Positions 37,957 through 50,678 are shown, numbered from the whole stretch's first letter. The stretch: 63,526 nucleotides of DNA, filler included, from Octopus bimaculoides (GCF_001194135.2; 4 parts of 4 records of this genome joined end to end with filler, not necessarily neighbours in it); one strand, 5' to 3'. Made by a program: numbers and translations. The notes: generated from the sequence alone by a model not told the origin.

Positions 37957-38964
37957 TGGGATTAAGCATGTATATATGTTTGTGCGTGATTGTGTGCGTG
38001 TGTTTGTGTGTGAGCAACAGCATACGGAGAGTGTTTTTTTTTTGTTTTGTTTTTGCCATAAATTTACATCCTGCTAATAAAGGATTAAATCTCTCTTAAT
38101 TAGTCTATATACGGATACTTGATGAAGATGAAAACAGATCCGCGGAAACTTGCGAAGATTTGTGAATTATATAAACGTAATGTTATAAAGCTTGAGACCT
38201 TCAGAATCAACTTTAATATATTTCCTTTCTATATTTCTGTGTTCGGTTTTTATTTGCTTGTAGACAGACATGTTTGGTTGTTCACTAAGACCATTCTATT
38301 CTCAACGATTTTCATAACTACAAATTTTGCACAAAATCATAACCTATTCTAAAATCACTTAATTGCGGATAATTATATACTGAAGTTATACAAGAAATGA
38401 GAAATGAATAATGCCTTTATGACTCTGTCAAATAAAGCTGCAAACACTAAGAGCAAAGGGGATGATTCTATATTCGTGAAATATATCACAACAGACAGAT
38501 ATTGCTTGAAGCGCATACCTATTGTTAGCATAATCATAGATTAATAACCAACCTCTTAGGAAAAATCTAAGAAGCCATCGAAGATGATTAATATACACTT
38601 GAAGATATATCACTTTCTACTGGCAAAGATATTATTATGGCTACAGCACAGAATTCATTGAGAAAGACATTAGAATGTCTAATTAGTCCTGCTTGCTACA
38701 CGGAAACAACATTGTGTGTTAGAAGATCTTTGTAATATATTAGGTACGTTAAAGTCCAGATACACTAGAAACTAATATTTCTCCACCCAGCCACCCAGCC
38801 ATATATGTGTATATATATATATATATGTATGTATATATATATATATGTGTGTGTGTGTGCGTGCGTGCGTGTGTGTGTGTGTTTATGTGTATGCGTGTGT
38901 GTGCATGTGTGTGTATACACACATGTATATATGTATGTATGCGTGTATGTATTATTTTATTCTG

Positions 38965-39408
38965 TCACATGTTTCAGTCATTAGACTGCGGTCATGTTGA
39001 GGCACCACCCGAAGGCGATGCCCCAACATGACCGTAGTTTAATTTTAGTCGGCATAATCGATCCTAGTACTTATTTTCAAAATTGGCACTTATTTTATCG
39101 GTCTGTTTTGCCTAACTAATAAGTTACAAATACGTAAACACAACATTACTGAGTGTCAAGCTGTGATGGNNNNNNNNNNNNNNNNNNNNNNNNNNNNNNN
39201 NNNNNNNNCGACAAACACTGGCACGAAGACACGCACATATATACGTCGGGCTTCTTTCAGTTTCTGTCTACTTGATCCATTCACAAGGCTCTGGTCGGCC
39301 CGAGGCTATAGTAGAAGACACTTGCCCAAGGTGAACGTCGTGGAACTGAACCTGGGAGCATCTGGTTGGGAAGCAAAGTTCTCACCACACAGCCACGCCA
39401 GCGCCTAT
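38965..39408 (-). mobile_element. SINE type A (diverged, small gap) with a local inverted duplication in the tail
   Basis: Tail, core and head are collinear. Hairpin arms at 38985-39004 and 39019-39038. Confidence 0.85.
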
Positions 39409-39539
39409 ATCTATTTAGGATATTGCTTTCCTTTAACGTATTATATTCTTATTTTACTATAACATTCCAATACAAATTTACATGAAAGAAGAGATAAGAA
39501 AAGGAGAGGAAGTGAAGGAGAAAATGGTATGAGGTGTAT

Positions 39540-40424
39540 GTAAAGCTGCGCAAGACGGAAAGGGTGTGCCGGTGGATAACATATTCCAGAACAGGTGGGG
39601 TGCTCAGGCGCGCCCCGTGGTTATGACAGCAATTGCGTTGCCGCGATGAATGGCCAATGACACTCGGGTCCCAGACCGGAGATCTGCCTCTCTCGATTTG
39701 GAATAGGGTTATCCCATCGACGCGCTTAGCATCCCCGCGTCCGAGACTTGCTGGTTCAAGTTGTAATGAGAAGTCAACCGCATCAAGGCCCATTCTGATT
39801 ATGTCATTTAGAGCGGCGTGTCGGGGGAATCGGACAGCGCTAAACCTGCAGGATAAAGGATGCAGGCCGAATTCGTTTACTGCATTGTAAGTATTATTGC
39901 ATTTCTGAGTGTGACATGTGTGAGGCAAGCAAATGTGGAGCCCAAAGTGTTGGGCCACTGAGATACCGATGCATTAATCACCTGCAAAGGTACTGGTAGT
40001 AGAGGAGGGCACCGAACTTAACCATGCACCGTTATTTGGCTCCAAGGCGGAATGGAGACAAGCAAGGTGGTACTGGTCTAGAGTTCTGTCTAGTCGTTCG
40101 AGGGTGGACTTGCATCTGATGCTACCCTAGTTGTTTTGTACATACGTATTCTGGGTGACTAGGGCTGACTCCGGTTTCTGAGTCAAACAAGGTTTGGCTA
40201 CCTCATTAAGTATTTCGCCAAAGAGGGTATCGTAGGAGGAGACTGAGGAAAGAAAAGTCGGCAGAGCCAGACCTACTATAGATCGGAAACCAAAGCCGCC
40301 GAATCCGTTTGGCCTGTTGCCAGACGGATTCGTCAAAACAGACATCGCAGATTAGTTTGGCTCAGCGCTGAAAGGTGTTATGGAAATTACTGAGGCGGTC
40401 TCTGTGAGGGTGACATGGCGCTCT
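39540..40424 (-). mobile_element. CRE-clade non-LTR retrotransposon 3' half (RT thumb, CCHC knuckle, RLE; internally deleted)
   Basis: Reads RAPC..H...ICDVCFDESVWQQA-FGGFGFRSIVGLALPTFLSS ... GAWLSSVPSS ... HFGLHICLPHTC...FGLHPLSCRFSAVRFPRHAALNDII...LEPASLGRGDAKRVDGITL...VWD ... SLAIHRGNAIAV*. These are characteristic CRE-clade ORF motifs. Stop at 39604-39606. Confidence 0.85.
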
Positions 40425-41075
40425 GCCGATCCTTACTCTGGCCACAGTATGTCGGCAGAAGTACTCACTCTGGTGTTTTCAGCGTCACAATAGAGTGGTT
40501 CATCGCTTCTTGCTCATTCGCAAATCTCGCCTCCACTGTGCCGTACGTTCTTCCTCTTGTATAAAATGTTGTGAGGTTCTTCACCTCTTTTAGGCATTCT
40601 TCTATAACCTCCACTGTGACTATTTCAATTTTTAGCAACTTCAGGAACAGTGTTCTATATACCACTGTCCGCTTCATTATATTTGCTGCAAATCCTTCTT
40701 ATGGTGCTAACTTTAGGCTGGTACCATCCTTTTCCAAGTGCTTGTTGAATTCTTTCAACCTCCTCTGGTCCGTTTTAATTTCTTGCACTTGCAACACATC
40801 CGCTGCTAAACTTCTTTCAGTGGCTGCTGCATAGCTGCCGGCTGGAACTGAATCACTCTCCATTCTTTCTCCTACTTCACCCACAAATGGGGAGGCAAAA
40901 TATAAACCCAGTAAGAAATAATTCAAAAATTCAACGCTCAACAATAGGTTCACCCTTACGGGAGAACTTCAACAATTAAATTAATCCAATTAAATAACTT
41001 TGTCACACACAAAAAAAGGCGACTCTTTCGAACGGCGTGCTAACGATTGTGGCTGCTCGGTGCCTTTAACTGTCA
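40425..41075 (-). mobile_element. L1/Tx1-type LINE 5' end: 5' UTR and ORF1 (RRM-like) fragment
   Basis: ATG at 40863. One frame with two in-frame stops: MESDSVPAGSYAAAT...KRTVVYRTL...FYTRGRTYGTVEARFANEQEA...LLPTYCG, then a frameshift to RVRIG. The SYAAA motif and RNP-like GTVE.RF are typical of this ORF1 type. The clade assignment is from memory. Confidence 0.55.
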
Positions 41076-41168
41076 TAGTATAGAAACATTTCTCATGGCA
41101 CCAGTATACAATTTACAGATGCCTACTTTTTTATGTTTTCCGTGAATTTTTCACGGGTCCAGCCAGTT

Positions 41169-41231
<63 letters not shown>

Positions 41232-43077
41232 TACAGAATATATATAACTTGGTAGTTATATACGGATACACATACCAGCGGTGTGCCCTTCTTTATAAAT
41301 ATGGAAAATACGCCGTCATGAATTTAATTATTCAGTTGTTCAATCTATTTTTGTGTCAGTGCTAAGCTGATAAACCATGAAAAAATCAGTATGGTATATA
41401 GTACCTGTAACATATCATAATGGAAGAAAATGAAAACGGAAATAAAATATATAGAAATCAGAACATTGTTGTTAACATCTCTTTGTTCACATCTCTTTGT
41501 AGTACTCATGAACTGGAAAATCGTATTCACGGACGCTGCATCAGAAAACGGAATCTGACCCTCAGTAGTTGTACCTTTATTAAGAAAGTTTCAAAATGTC
41601 ATCTCTCTTAGCCTGGTGATATTTACTTTGGAAAAAATAAAGCTGTCAGTTTTCCGAATACTCTCTGAGCGACATCTTCAAACAGAATATACTTCTAAAG
41701 AATATGGTCGGTTCGAAGGCAACAAGATCTTTGTTTCTTTGACCTTGCTCAGTAGCTGATGCGTTATATATGGCGATCGATATATTAGAGAATTGCAGAT
41801 ATATTGCAGAATTACAGTCACATCGCTTATCTCTCAACACTTTTCAATAATTTTCTGACCCTGACTTATGCTTTTGCTAAATAATTCAATATGTTATCTA
41901 TATTGATATTATTTTATTTTGTGACAATCAAATATCAAAATCAGCACAATATTGAAATGTAGCGCCTATATCTACTTCTACACTGCTAGGCATCTTCAAC
42001 ACACGGAACGTTTCCATTCGTAGTGTGTGCATGCATTTTGAGAATCTACTAGAGATCGTTTGCAGAAGATACAGAAGTGATACAGCACACCGATTTGTCA
42101 CATGTTCAAACTTTGTCACTCAAACCGCAGCTTAGTTTGTCTAATCATCACAGTACACTTGGAAGAGTTTTGGTTGCTAAAACAGGTATTGTATAGTATT
42201 AAAAATGGGGGAAATCGCCAGTAATGCAAACGAAGGAAGAAGTATAAAAACTGCCTGAAATTTGTGTTAAAGAAAACCAGAAGTGACAACAAAACATTTG
42301 AAGGTTAGACAACTAAAATGCACCGGCGTAGACTTTTGAATGCCACTGCAGGAATGTCAAGCTCTTCGATACATGGCGTATAGCTGATACCCAATCGAAA
42401 ATTTCTGTAAGATTTATGAAGCTGGTGAGAAAAGGCTTCTAGACAGTCCTTGCAATGCAAGTACCATGTTTGCATATGCCTAATAAAAACGGAATTGCTA
42501 AGTCCTAGGCACTGCCATGTTATACTTGAAGCTAAAAAAACAAAACACAGCTGTATTTCCATGAGATATGGATTGTAATTACGTTGCTCTGTGGATGTGT
42601 TAAAATGGCATCTCAAACGTATATCACCCAAATAAGCAATGGGTATCGCATAAGATGAAATGTCCAGCCTGCAGTGTGGGCTGCAAGTGAACAGATAAAG
42701 AAAGAGTCATCACAAGATTGGTCAGCGACAAATACATTTTTCCTAAAGCATGTGGCCATATTCCAAGAATTGGTGGTTAATCGGCGATAAGTTGACTTCC
42801 AATACATGTGTGTGTGCTTGTATATTTTTATGTGTATATGTGTATGTGTTTGTGTATGTTTATATGTATGTGTGTGTGCGTATGTGTGAGTGTGCTTGTG
42901 TATGTTTATATGTGTGTGTGTTTGTGTGTACCCGCACAAAGCTTTTTGTTTTTCATCTCGTTTCACAGCTTTAAATTCCATTTGTCAAAGAAAGTTTAAT
43001 ATATTTCTCGTTAGCTTTTAAACAACTCTCCTAAACCTGCATGCAACCTGAAATTGAATTTCGGTCACTGTTTAAGT

Positions 43078-43417
43078 CAGTGGTTCTCAGTTGCGATCGA
43101 TATGGGTCCACTTAATAAATTTGGGAGTCCACGCAACAACATAGTAAACTGGAGATCCGCAATTTTTTTTTAACGACCCCACTGAAAAAAAAATATTGCT
43201 TTAGATGTATGTATTAGTATGTATTGCAAGAAACAGGTTTCTTTCTCAAACAGTTTACATAGTTCAACCTACACAATTTAATGTATGAAAAAGAAAATAG
43301 AAATTTTGAAAGAAGTTTCTGTTAGACGAGTCTTCAACATCGAATGTCTATGGGAATCCACCGGAATAAAATAATAATCAAATGGGTCCATAGATAAGAA
43401 ATGGTTGAGGACCCCTA
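43078..43417. mobile_element. hAT-type MITE
   Basis: CAGTGGTTCTCA... / ...GGTTGAGGACCCCTA degenerate hAT termini. Flanks GTTTAAGT / GCTTAAAT are a possible decayed 8-bp TSD (6/8 match). Confidence 0.6.
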
Positions 43418-43700
43418 GCTTAAATTAACCAAGCCAGTGCCGTTTAACAATCCGTCTTTTACGTCTACGTTTATGAGGAATACATGCGTTTCCCTGAAAT
43501 ACTGATTTTATTGCAATATTATTGCAATATTATTTCGGATTCATTAGAACAAAATAACAATCAAAGGCGTCCATAGCTAAAATAAATAGTTGAGGACCCC
43601 TGATTCAAATGAACCAAACCAGTGCGTTTAACAATTCGAATTTTTCTTCTTTCACGAGGAATACGCGTATTTTCCTAAAATACACATTTTATTATAAATG
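43368..43700 (+). repeat. Diverged tandem duplication, period about 183 bp
   Basis: AAAATAA.AATCAAA.G.GTCCATAG...GTTGAGGACCCCT...CCAGTGC.GTTTAACAAT...GAGGAATAC occurs at about 43368 and about 43551. Confidence 0.8.
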
Positions 43701-43940
43701 TCCATTGGTAATTTTATTTCGGCCGGTAATATTTTTTATGTTTTGTAACTGTTATGTAAGCGTTACTATAAATATAAAATAAATATATTCGACGAGGATA
43801 ACTATAACTTTTAATAATACTTTAGTAATGTTTCAAAACTCAAGTGATTTCTTAAAGCAGTAACTTGTGCATACTGATGCAATAATACACATCGAGGAAA
43901 TAGAAACTATTATCGACTCAAGGTTGTGCCCTTATACTGA

Positions 43941-44152
43941 TTTCAAATTTTTACACAAGGCCAGTGTTTTCGAGGAAAGGAAACAAATCGATTACATCGA
44001 CCCAAGTGTTCAACTGGTACATATTTTACTGACCGCGAAATGTTGAAAGGCAAAGTCAACCTTGACAGAATTTGAACTCAGAACGTAAAGTCGGACGAAA
44101 TGCCACTAAGCAGTTTTCCCCTCGTGATAGTGTTTCTGCCCGTTTGCTGCCT
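43941..44152 (-). mobile_element. SINE type B
   Basis: GAAAGGCAAAGTCAACC..GAATTTGAACTCAGAACGTAAAG core. Confidence 0.85.
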
Positions 44153-44249
44153 TAAATTATGCACTAAAATTATCAAACTGGAAGCGTTGCATTTGAGATT
44201 TTTTCTTTCTTTTACAGAAAGACGAATGACACTTCAATCATTTTCTATT

Positions 44250-44462
44250 GGTTTCAAATTTTGGCTTAAAACTGGCAACTTTGGGGATGTGTGTAAGTCG
44301 AGTAAATCGACCCCCAGTCATTACTGCTACTTATTTTATTGATCGTTCAATGATGAAAGGTAAAGTCAACCTCGGCAGAATTTAAACTCGGAACCTGAAG
44401 ACAGCTGAAATACCGTTACGCGTTTTCGCCAGCGTACTTACGATTCCGCCAGCTTGCCGCCT
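44250..44462 (-). mobile_element. SINE type B
   Basis: Same core; head ...CCGCCAGCTTGCCGCC. Confidence 0.85.
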
Positions 44463-44722
44463 GAATTTAGATCATTTTGAAATATATTTTATTCACCCTC
44501 AACTATATTAATGGATTTTAATCACTTCCAGAAAGGGACAAATGATAAATCGGTCCCGGCATCATTCAACAATGTAGATAAATAGCATTTAATTATATAC
44601 CATCACTTAGATATACTAGTGATTTAGCTTAAAAATGAAGAGTCGTTTTTGCTTAACTATGTAATGGCTCTGCGATTCCATACTATCATTAGCACACACA
44701 CACACATAGATAGATAGATAGG

Positions 44723-44935
44723 AAGGCGGTGAGCTGGCGGAATCGTTGGAACGCCAGGCAAAGGGCTTAGTGGTATTTCGTCAGTCTTCCGGTTCTGAGT
44801 TCCATTTCCGCCTAAGTCCACTTTGCATTTCATCTTTTCCAGGTCGATAAAATAAGTACCAGTTAGGCACTGGAATCGATATAATCAACCTATCTCTCAC
44901 CCCCACCCCGAAATTGTTGGCCTTCTACTAGAAAG
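44723..44935 (+). mobile_element. SINE type B
   Basis: AAGGCGGTGAGCTGGCGGAATCG head; CATTTCATC..CAGGTCGATAAAATAAGTACCAG core. Confidence 0.88.
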
Positions 44936-47299
44936 CATTATTAGAATATTGCCACAGAAAAAATGGGTTCCATTCAGGACTGAAATTATGCCGATGATAT
45001 CAGCTTCGCTTTCGCAGACACCTCTAAAATGATTAATTTATAAATATTTAAAGAGAGCCTACATATCTACAGAATTTGATAAAGAGTTCATGAGGCACGC
45101 CAATTTTAACACAAGAACTAACAAAAAATGAATTAGTTAATCCCGAACACGAGGTTCGCTATAGTGAGTATCCTGCATTATTGGGCAGAATGATATTGAA
45201 GGAGTACAAAATCTATTATTAAAGGTTAGAGTTTTGCGATAAAAATATTTGGTGTTAACTGTAGAAGATAAATCTCAAACAAAAAATTTACGTTATGGCA
45301 CTAATAATGACAAAAAGAGAAAAAGATAAACGGCAAACACAAAATCTGTAATGAAGAGGGGGGAAATAAATTAACAATATTTCGTGGCTAGATGTGGCAT
45401 AAACAGATTGTACGCACAGGCATTATTGGTTAGATATCTGTATCTGCTGGGAAATATGCAAACTTTTTTCACTTTGGGAAAAAAAAAAAAAAAAAAAAAA
45501 ANNNNNNNNNNTAATAATAATAATAATAATAATAATATTAATAATAATAATAATAATAATGCTGACGTTGATGATCATAATCATCATGAAAATCATGATC
45601 ACCATCATCATTATAACGTTTAAAGATGCACCGAACACTGTATTCATCAATGCTGTGCACTACTACACTGTCAAGATTATCAACAAGCGTATTGCGAAAA
45701 GGAAATCGAAAGAAAGAAAGAGAGACTAAGCCTTTAATGGATAATTTTAATCTGTGTCAGCCAACACCTGCAGTGAATAGAAAATTTAAAGTTGAAAACT
45801 GTTTCAAAATATTTGGACAATGAAATCAGAATGTGAAAGACGATGGATATGAGAGTAAAAACGGTGAAGGTAAGAAATGAATGTGTAAAATATCGTAATG
45901 AAATATATTCGACTTCACACACTTAGGCACAATCCTAATATTCTTATTTGATATAGGAACATTATATACTCAGAACATTCAGTTTATTAATACCAATAAA
46001 ACCGTATCTTCTACCACAACGCCTTCACGTACCGAAGCTAAAGCTTTTTTCCGTTGCTATACGCTAAATGTAACACTAAAGTCTTTCCATATGCAACCAT
46101 ACTGCATTGTGTTCAAGTATAATCTATCTAAAACCATAACATCCAGTTTGATTTCCTTAAGTAGGACCGTATATTATGATTTCTGCTATATACAGCATGT
46201 TGAGTGATCGTGTAGAGCACAGCTGAAGATGGGCGAAATTTGTGAGTCGAAAGAAAACATACACTCTCTTATAGCTCTAATACGTTTTACACCTTGAACC
46301 CGCGGAACGTCGCTGATAACAACGGGAGGTAGTGAGTACTACATCAGCACTAGGCTGGTACTAATTAGAGTTAAGCAGATGGGAGCAATGAGAAATGAAA
46401 CGCCTCCCGGTTCAGAAATTGACTTCATGTACGTATGATTCTGAGCTCAGCAGCCTAACCACATGACAATTTAGAATGACTAAAATACTATAAGATGTAA
46501 TACTATTTTGTTTGATTGTATACAGAAGGGGAAAAAAACCCAAATATTGTTCGTAAAATAAGAAAGTCTACAAAGAAGTTTCTAGTGAAATATAGATTTA
46601 AACTGAAGATAAGGCTGAAGTGGTTAGGAATCTTGAAAGGATTCAAGAAGTATGGCAGAGGATCAAAGGAATAGAAAAGTGATAAAAGACTAATAAGCTG
46701 ATAATAGTGGTAAAAAGAAAGCAAAAACAAAATGAAACATTCTGATAATACTAGTAGATAATGCAGAAATACCAAGTTAATCAATAAGTTACAGCGGCTT
46801 ACATATGTAAAACAAAACGTTTTTGTATAATACGAGATGTGCAGCCACTCAGAAACAAGAGGTATAAATTCAGATTCAAAGGCGAGTACGTAAGTTACGA
46901 CGAGTATATATGGCATAAATAAGGGAGGATTAGAGTTGGTTTTGGATAAATAACTGCACTGAAATAATTGTTTAATTAAGAAATATTTGGCAGGATGTTT
47001 TATTTTAATTTTTCGTGCGTATACTTCTTTCTCTTTCAACCTCTCTTCCTTTAGTTCTCCATTTTTGTGGCACATATCTCACATCAGAAACATTAAAACA
47101 CTCAATATTCATTTCATGTATTCTGAGCAGGGAACTAATACCTTATCCATCCCAGTTTTCTTTTTCTTGCATCCAACTCTACTATGACCACACTAGGCAC
47201 CCTACCACCACCCAGACAACCTTACCCGCCACTCAGATAACCCCACCCACCACCTAGAAAACTCGCTTCACTCTCCTACTAACCACGAAACTATTATTA

Positions 47300-48460
47300 A
47301 TTTAATGAGATAGAAACATTTAATTTAATCTTACAAAAAACATTACGCTTCTTGCTTTTAATCTCTCCAGATCTTACTTACTCCCCTTACAAAACCCACG
47401 TTCAAAAAACTTTACATACTTCTCTACAGAAAACATGAAGAGAATTCTGTTTTATAGATTAGAATATACACAACGAGCTGGCATTCGATTATGTAAACAA
47501 CGCTATATAATATGAAAAAGTCAATAACATCACATCGAGCAAGCTCGAAACAACGATAAACTCCTGCAGGACGAATATCTATGAACAGTGAAGACACTCG
47601 AACAAAATTAAGAGCAACTTACTCTTCACTAGGAACAGTCTACTCTCCACCTTCTATCACCACCACGAAAATAAAAACATAAAAGGCAGGACTAAACTTT
47701 TAAATCAGACCTATTTTTTCCATTATTAAAGGAGACATCCACAAAGTCTATTCTCTAAAATTCTCAAGCTGCTTCTTCAAACCTTTCCAGAACATGTTGA
47801 AATCTCCACCTTAGTCATGAACTAATTGAATGGTTACAAAACATCTTTACTTAGAAAAAATAGCTTCACTTTTAGCTAAGACGTTGTTTCGCTAATCTCT
47901 CTGTCCCTGCAATCGCAACTATCAACGTATCAACTGAACACATTGCCTTTTATAGTCTTAACTGCTTTATGACAACATCTCTAGATATCCATGAACTATT
48001 GAATACTATAGGGGACAGCAATTTCTTCCAGAATGTGGGGTCCATTTAGAAATAAATATCTGGACTGCGGATGCGGTCGAACTAGTAAGATCATCATCAT
48101 ATACATGACCGGTTATAACTCAGAACACTCAATAACTGTCACTTTTTCGTAAATGTGGAAAATTCTACATAGGAAGTACAACCGAACTACCACCAGATAT
48201 ATATACGTATGATTTAAGGAATACCTCAGCTCTTTAAGGAATACCTAGCTCTTTCGTTTTATGGAATACCTAGCTCTTACGGTTTAAGTAATATCTAGCT
48301 CTTTCGTCAAAAAGCACCTACAGAAATGTCGCACCAAAGACATCAAGGTTCCCGATGAAGTTACAGAAAGAATCGTTGAGAAAGTGTGATTTATAGAAGC
48401 TATTAACAAGTACAACTCGCAGATCAGAGCTGAATTGAACGCTGCTGATTGGCTAGCGTC
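47300..48460 (+). mobile_element. Degenerate Penelope-like element (RT remnants and GIY-YIG)
   Basis: RKCGKFYIGSTTEL at about 48148 (GIY-YIG YIG motif), followed by KHLQKC...FIEAINKYNSQI. The upstream RT similarity is weak. Confidence 0.5.
48214..48308 (+). repeat. Four tandem 20-25-bp units (TTAAGGAATACCTAGCTCTT) inside the GIY-YIG remnant
   Basis: Direct reading. Confidence 0.9.
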
Positions 48461-48863
48461 ACAATGCAAGACAATTCTTCATACACATGCACTATAGAAC
48501 AGAATAGTCAAGAAACAATGTTTCTCCGATGATTTGCTGGAGAATACTAAGCCTGAAATATTGAGATAAAAGGTAAAAGTATACAATTAATACATCATCA
48601 CGTCCCTTACAGTCTGCTCAATATAAACTTCGCAATCATCATCACAACCCTGCTCTTCCTCCTTTCCTTCTCCTCCTCCTCCTCCTCATCATCAGCAGCA
48701 GCATTCATCATCATCTTTCACCATCATCGTTATCAACATCACCATCATCATCAATATCATTTCTCGTTGAATAGATGGTTTTCGTTCTACTTTCTGCTAT
48801 TTTAATGCATCTGTTAATTTGTATTAAAAAAGAAAAAGAAAAAGTTAAATTATTTTCCGTGCA

Positions 48864-48904
<41 letters not shown>

Positions 48905-49404
48905 GTGTGTGTGTGTGTGTGTACACTCGCTTGTATGTGCATGCATGTGTGTGTAGGTGTATGTGTGTTTGTGTGTGTATTTTAAAATAAAATTCATAAG
49001 TGAACAAATTATAGTCAAGTGTGCAAATGTAACAAAGTCTTATACGTGGAATCTTACAAGCTATTATTCTGTAAAAAATGTTGAAATCAATACAATAAAT
49101 TATCGAGTTTAGCCCATCATCATCATCATCATCAACATCTTACATGTGCGTTATGGGTGTTCAGTTTATCTTAGTTATTTCTTCCGCTTCTGTTCAAAAG
49201 CTTTTATGACATTGCATGTAGGATGTCTAGCAACTTTTTTCTTCACAATTACAAAGTAAATGAAGACAAGAAACAAACAGTAGGCATGACAACGAACATA
49301 TAAACGCTGAACCAAGAGTCACTATGGCTTTGTTCAACCTGTTAGAAAAAGCAGCCAAATCAATCTTACTCGAAATATAGAATTTACTATTTAAAACAGC
49401 TGCA

Positions 49405-49585
49405 GGCTACATATATTATAATATACGCGAAATTATGTCTATCCATCTGTCTGGGACGGACGGACGGACGGACGGATAGACAGACATAATGGGCTACATA
49501 TAATATATGTAGCCTATAATATATGGGCTACGTATATTATAATATACGTGAAATTATGTCTATCCGTCCGTCCGTCTGTATCTCA
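49405..49585. repeat. Direct plus inverted duplication knot with (GTCC)n
   Basis: About 41-bp direct repeat at 49405 and 49526, an inverted GACG/ATAGAC..ATAAT block, and a central palindrome at 49492-49514. Confidence 0.85.
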
Positions 49586-50055
49586 GACAACATTTACTCT
49601 ATATAGACATTATTATATGTTTTGGAATTGGGATAATCCCACCATTGGAAAACTGCTGTTCATTTCGTTCTTGAACAAATAGCATTAGGATCAGATCTGG
49701 ATGACGATGTGTTGTATACTCACAGTTGACAATTCAAATTTTAAAAGATCTTCAAAAATGTGTGAACTAACAAGCTATTCATTTAAACTGAATCTAAAGT
49801 AATACTACTTTGTGAACTGAAAAATATTTTCAATTGAGTTCATTTAAAACTAGATCCAATTCAGAGTGAGAGGTTTTGTGTTCGTGAGGTTTCGAAGTTC
49901 GGCGGAGTTTGTGAATTGAAGCGCTCGGAAGGAAATATTGAAGAACTGAAACTTTCAGCCCAAATTGGACATTCGGCCAGATCGGACTTTCAGCCTCACC
50001 GGACTTCTGACGGCATCAGACTTTCGGTGGAGTCAGTTTATTCAGAGATTTGGAC

Positions 50056-50678
50056 GCTGGAAGATTTGCAGTTCCGCTACTGGGTCTGGGAAATAGAATT
50101 CAGGAAGATTATAATGGAGACATCACTTTTTCAAATGGCTGTAGCATTTAGGTCAAGACTGTAGAAGTGTTGATTACTAGAGTTGCCCAAACATTGGACA
50201 TAATTTTCAAGATCATGTGAAAGTGCCATACTTGCACCAAACAATGAAACTGTCCAGGTTGTCAATTAGAAACTTATGCAATGAATCAGTACTGAGGAAA
50301 GACATTTCTCAATTGATATAGCTGTGGACCCCATTGAGGCTTTGAATTATCCTGAGTTTTTTAACTCTTTGGAAGCAACAATCCTCACTGGACAATGAAC
50401 TGAAGGAAAAATATTTATTCCAAGAAAGCCACTGATTCCAACAGACAGGCCTTTGAATTTAGGAGACTTTAATTTCCAGTGAGCGTTAGTTTTGCAATGT
50501 CAATTTAGAAGAGTCAAGGACAATCACTAAAATGTTTGAACTTCACTTCATGCAGTAGTGTTTTTCTCATGGTCAGCTCTATGCTGGTTGTTCCAGAGTT
50601 GGAAATGACAACAATCTCTTCATACTCACACCAAATGGTAAAACCGAGAATGTGGTTTATCCTACTGCTTTACAGTGA
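50056..50678 (+). mobile_element. Helitron RepHel PIF1-helicase C-terminal pseudogene fragment
   Basis: GRFAVPLLGLGN...PNIGHNFQDH-ESAILAPNNETV...LNYPEFFNSLE//ATILTG..GKIFIPRKPLIPTD-FEFRRL*FPV.VSFAMSI*KSQGQSL...FSHGQLYAGCSRVG..LFILTPNGKTENVVYPTALQ*. Classic Helitron motifs with stops, frameshifts and an internal deletion. Confidence 0.92.

Noticed and set aside
42305-42631. 108-aa ORF with HCKDCLEAF resembling a C2H2 finger
   Set aside because: The conserved Leu and His pair spacing is absent, and there are no TGEKP linkers or tandem fingers.
46503-47075. 190-aa hydrophobic minus-strand ORF (receptor-like)
   Set aside because: It lies on the T-rich strand of purine-skewed DNA, where stops are depleted and F/L/S are enriched. 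No GPCR or channel motifs; probably the antisense of a decayed TE.
48214-48308. CRISPR-like short direct repeats
   Set aside because: Units are adjacent with at most 5-bp spacers, lie inside a eukaryotic TE, and no cas genes are present.
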